NCBI GenBank assembly: GCA_002633005.1 | Contig: NMRA01000069.1 | Span: 549,740 to 613,739, forward strand | DNA from: Phoronis australis | Lineage: Eukaryota; Animalia; Phoronida | Reading direction: 5' to 3' | Length of the DNA: 64,000 bases | In this document: positions 62,577-64,000 of the stretch, in pieces | Layout: each line of letters begins with the position of its first letter | How positions within the stretch are numbered: position 1 is the first letter of the stretch | Position numbers and translations under genes: made by a program | Notes under the pieces: model-generated | Database searches by the model: none | Told to the model about the DNA's origin: nothing | What the model saw: the letters and a program-made list of their open reading frames with translations, nothing else

Positions 62577-64000
62577 AGGAGAATGCCACCCGATTTAATT
62601 AGTCTTTTTTGCCGTCTTAATCGGTCTATATCCACATAGCCTCGCATACGATCGACCTTACCTTGCCAAGAGGTGTCGCGTTAACCTGTGAGGAAGGTGA
62701 GAAACGACGCTAGCGACGTCAGTGGTTCATATGCAGAGTGAATGCCGCTATGTTGCGGTGCATCGTTCCCGCTTGTCCGAACAAAACAGCTGCGAGAAAA
62801 GCGGGTATATCGTTTTTTTATTCCTCGAGAGTCCGAAATGCTTAAGAAGTGGCTCGTGGTAGTGAAGAATGAAATGTACGCTGTAAATAGCAAGTATGAG
62901 GCCGTGAAACACCTCCGTGTCTGTGGCCTGCCGACGTCGACAGTGCCTGACAATCGGAATGCCGGCTTACCAAATAACTCCATACGTTCCGTTGTCTGAG
63001 CTTGTTCACGACGCCTCTCTAGTATTTCTTCGTCACTGTATTCCTGTTCGAATTGATAGCCTTTAAAACTTAACGATCCACCTGCAAAGTCGGGACTGAT
63101 GAGCTCTAGCTCGTCCTAAATCGGGATTGCGAGTTGCCATGTTGGCGTTTATTACTGAGCGTTCTGTTTCAAAATGAATTATTCTCACCCTAACCAATAC
63201 TTATATAAAACTTAAACAAAGTTTGTCTTATTAGATGCAATTTGTAATGCCTGTGAAGTGTTCGTGAGTGCAAATGATTTGAGAAGCCAACAATGAATAA
63301 ATCACTGCGTTACCGGCTTTAGGTGCAATAAAACTAATTGACGGGACACCGAGGCCGTATGAGCTCATGCTAATTTAGTGTTTGCTGGCAGAAACTGTTG
63401 TCAAACAACTCGATCTCCATCCCACGGCCAGGTGTTAGGGTAATCTTTATTTACATTGACATTACTCAAATAATGATTGTCAATGTATAACTTCTGCCCT
63501 GACGGCCGGGTGCTGAATTCGCGGCCCCCAACGAGTAAGTAGATTTGCAGTTTCGTGCCCTGGCTAATTCACCAACATAATCATTACTTTGGCTCACTAC
63601 TATAGTATTTTCGTGACTGGAAGTTTACTTTCCACTGAACTTTGGCTGGTTTATGTTCGTGATGTCTGATCAGTTTAGCCACTGGCCCGGGATAACGAGT
63701 CAATCCGGCTGGACGCGACGGGCCTGATCGGGCTCCGAGCCACTGGCCAGGATAACAAGCGTTTTGTGTTTAGAACTAAAAAAATCACAAGTCTAAACAA
63801 CATAGATCTAGGTTCTTCTGTCTGTTTCTCACGGAAAATACTTCGAAATTATCTCCGAACAGGCCCCAAACTTCTGCTACGGACCTTATTGGCCTGCCGA
63901 ACTTTGTAGGCTACGGTGTGTCCAAATACCAATAAATCCGTAAGAGCGAAATAAAACAACACGTTTTTATAAGAACTCGATTTATTTTTAAGGGTTTTAC
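62577..64000. mobile_element. Longer Kolobok-like element (runs off window end) with decayed THAP-like ORF at 62742-62999
   Basis: The terminus is TTAA|AGGAGAATGCCACCCGATTTAATTAGTC. Segment ~63500-64000 matches the reverse complement of ~15010-15540. The ORF MPLCCG...FFIPRESEMLKKW...HLRVCG resembles a THAP zinc finger. Confidence 0.75.

Overview
Eukaryotic (invertebrate, probably lophotrochozoan by inference) genomic DNA with spliced genes, not prokaryotic sequence. It holds (1) the 5' part of DAP3/MRPS29 on the minus strand, with 8 coding exons visible and the gene running off the window start; one intron has complete U12-type (minor spliceosome) signals. (2) Head-to-head with it is an apparently complete ASH1L histone H3K36 methyltransferase gene on the plus strand: 20 coding exons, about 2537 aa by my exon assembly, with about 11 AT-hooks plus AWS-SET-postSET, bromo, PHD and BAH domains. 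(3) A tandem pair of paralogous genes encodes a PAN/Apple domain, a fibrinogen-like N-terminal segment and a C-terminal domain I do not recognise. Introns carry many transposon relics: MITEs with unusual 6-bp and 5-bp target-site duplications, Kolobok-like TTAA elements (one with a decayed THAP ORF), a Tc1-like foldback element, I/Ingi-type and Tx1/L1-type LINE fragments, and tRNA-derived SINE heads. The most notable observations are the DAP3-ASH1L divergent pair (also linked in vertebrates), the U12 intron and the PAN/FReD/unknown-domain tandem family. All exon boundaries were read by eye from splice signals and frame continuity.
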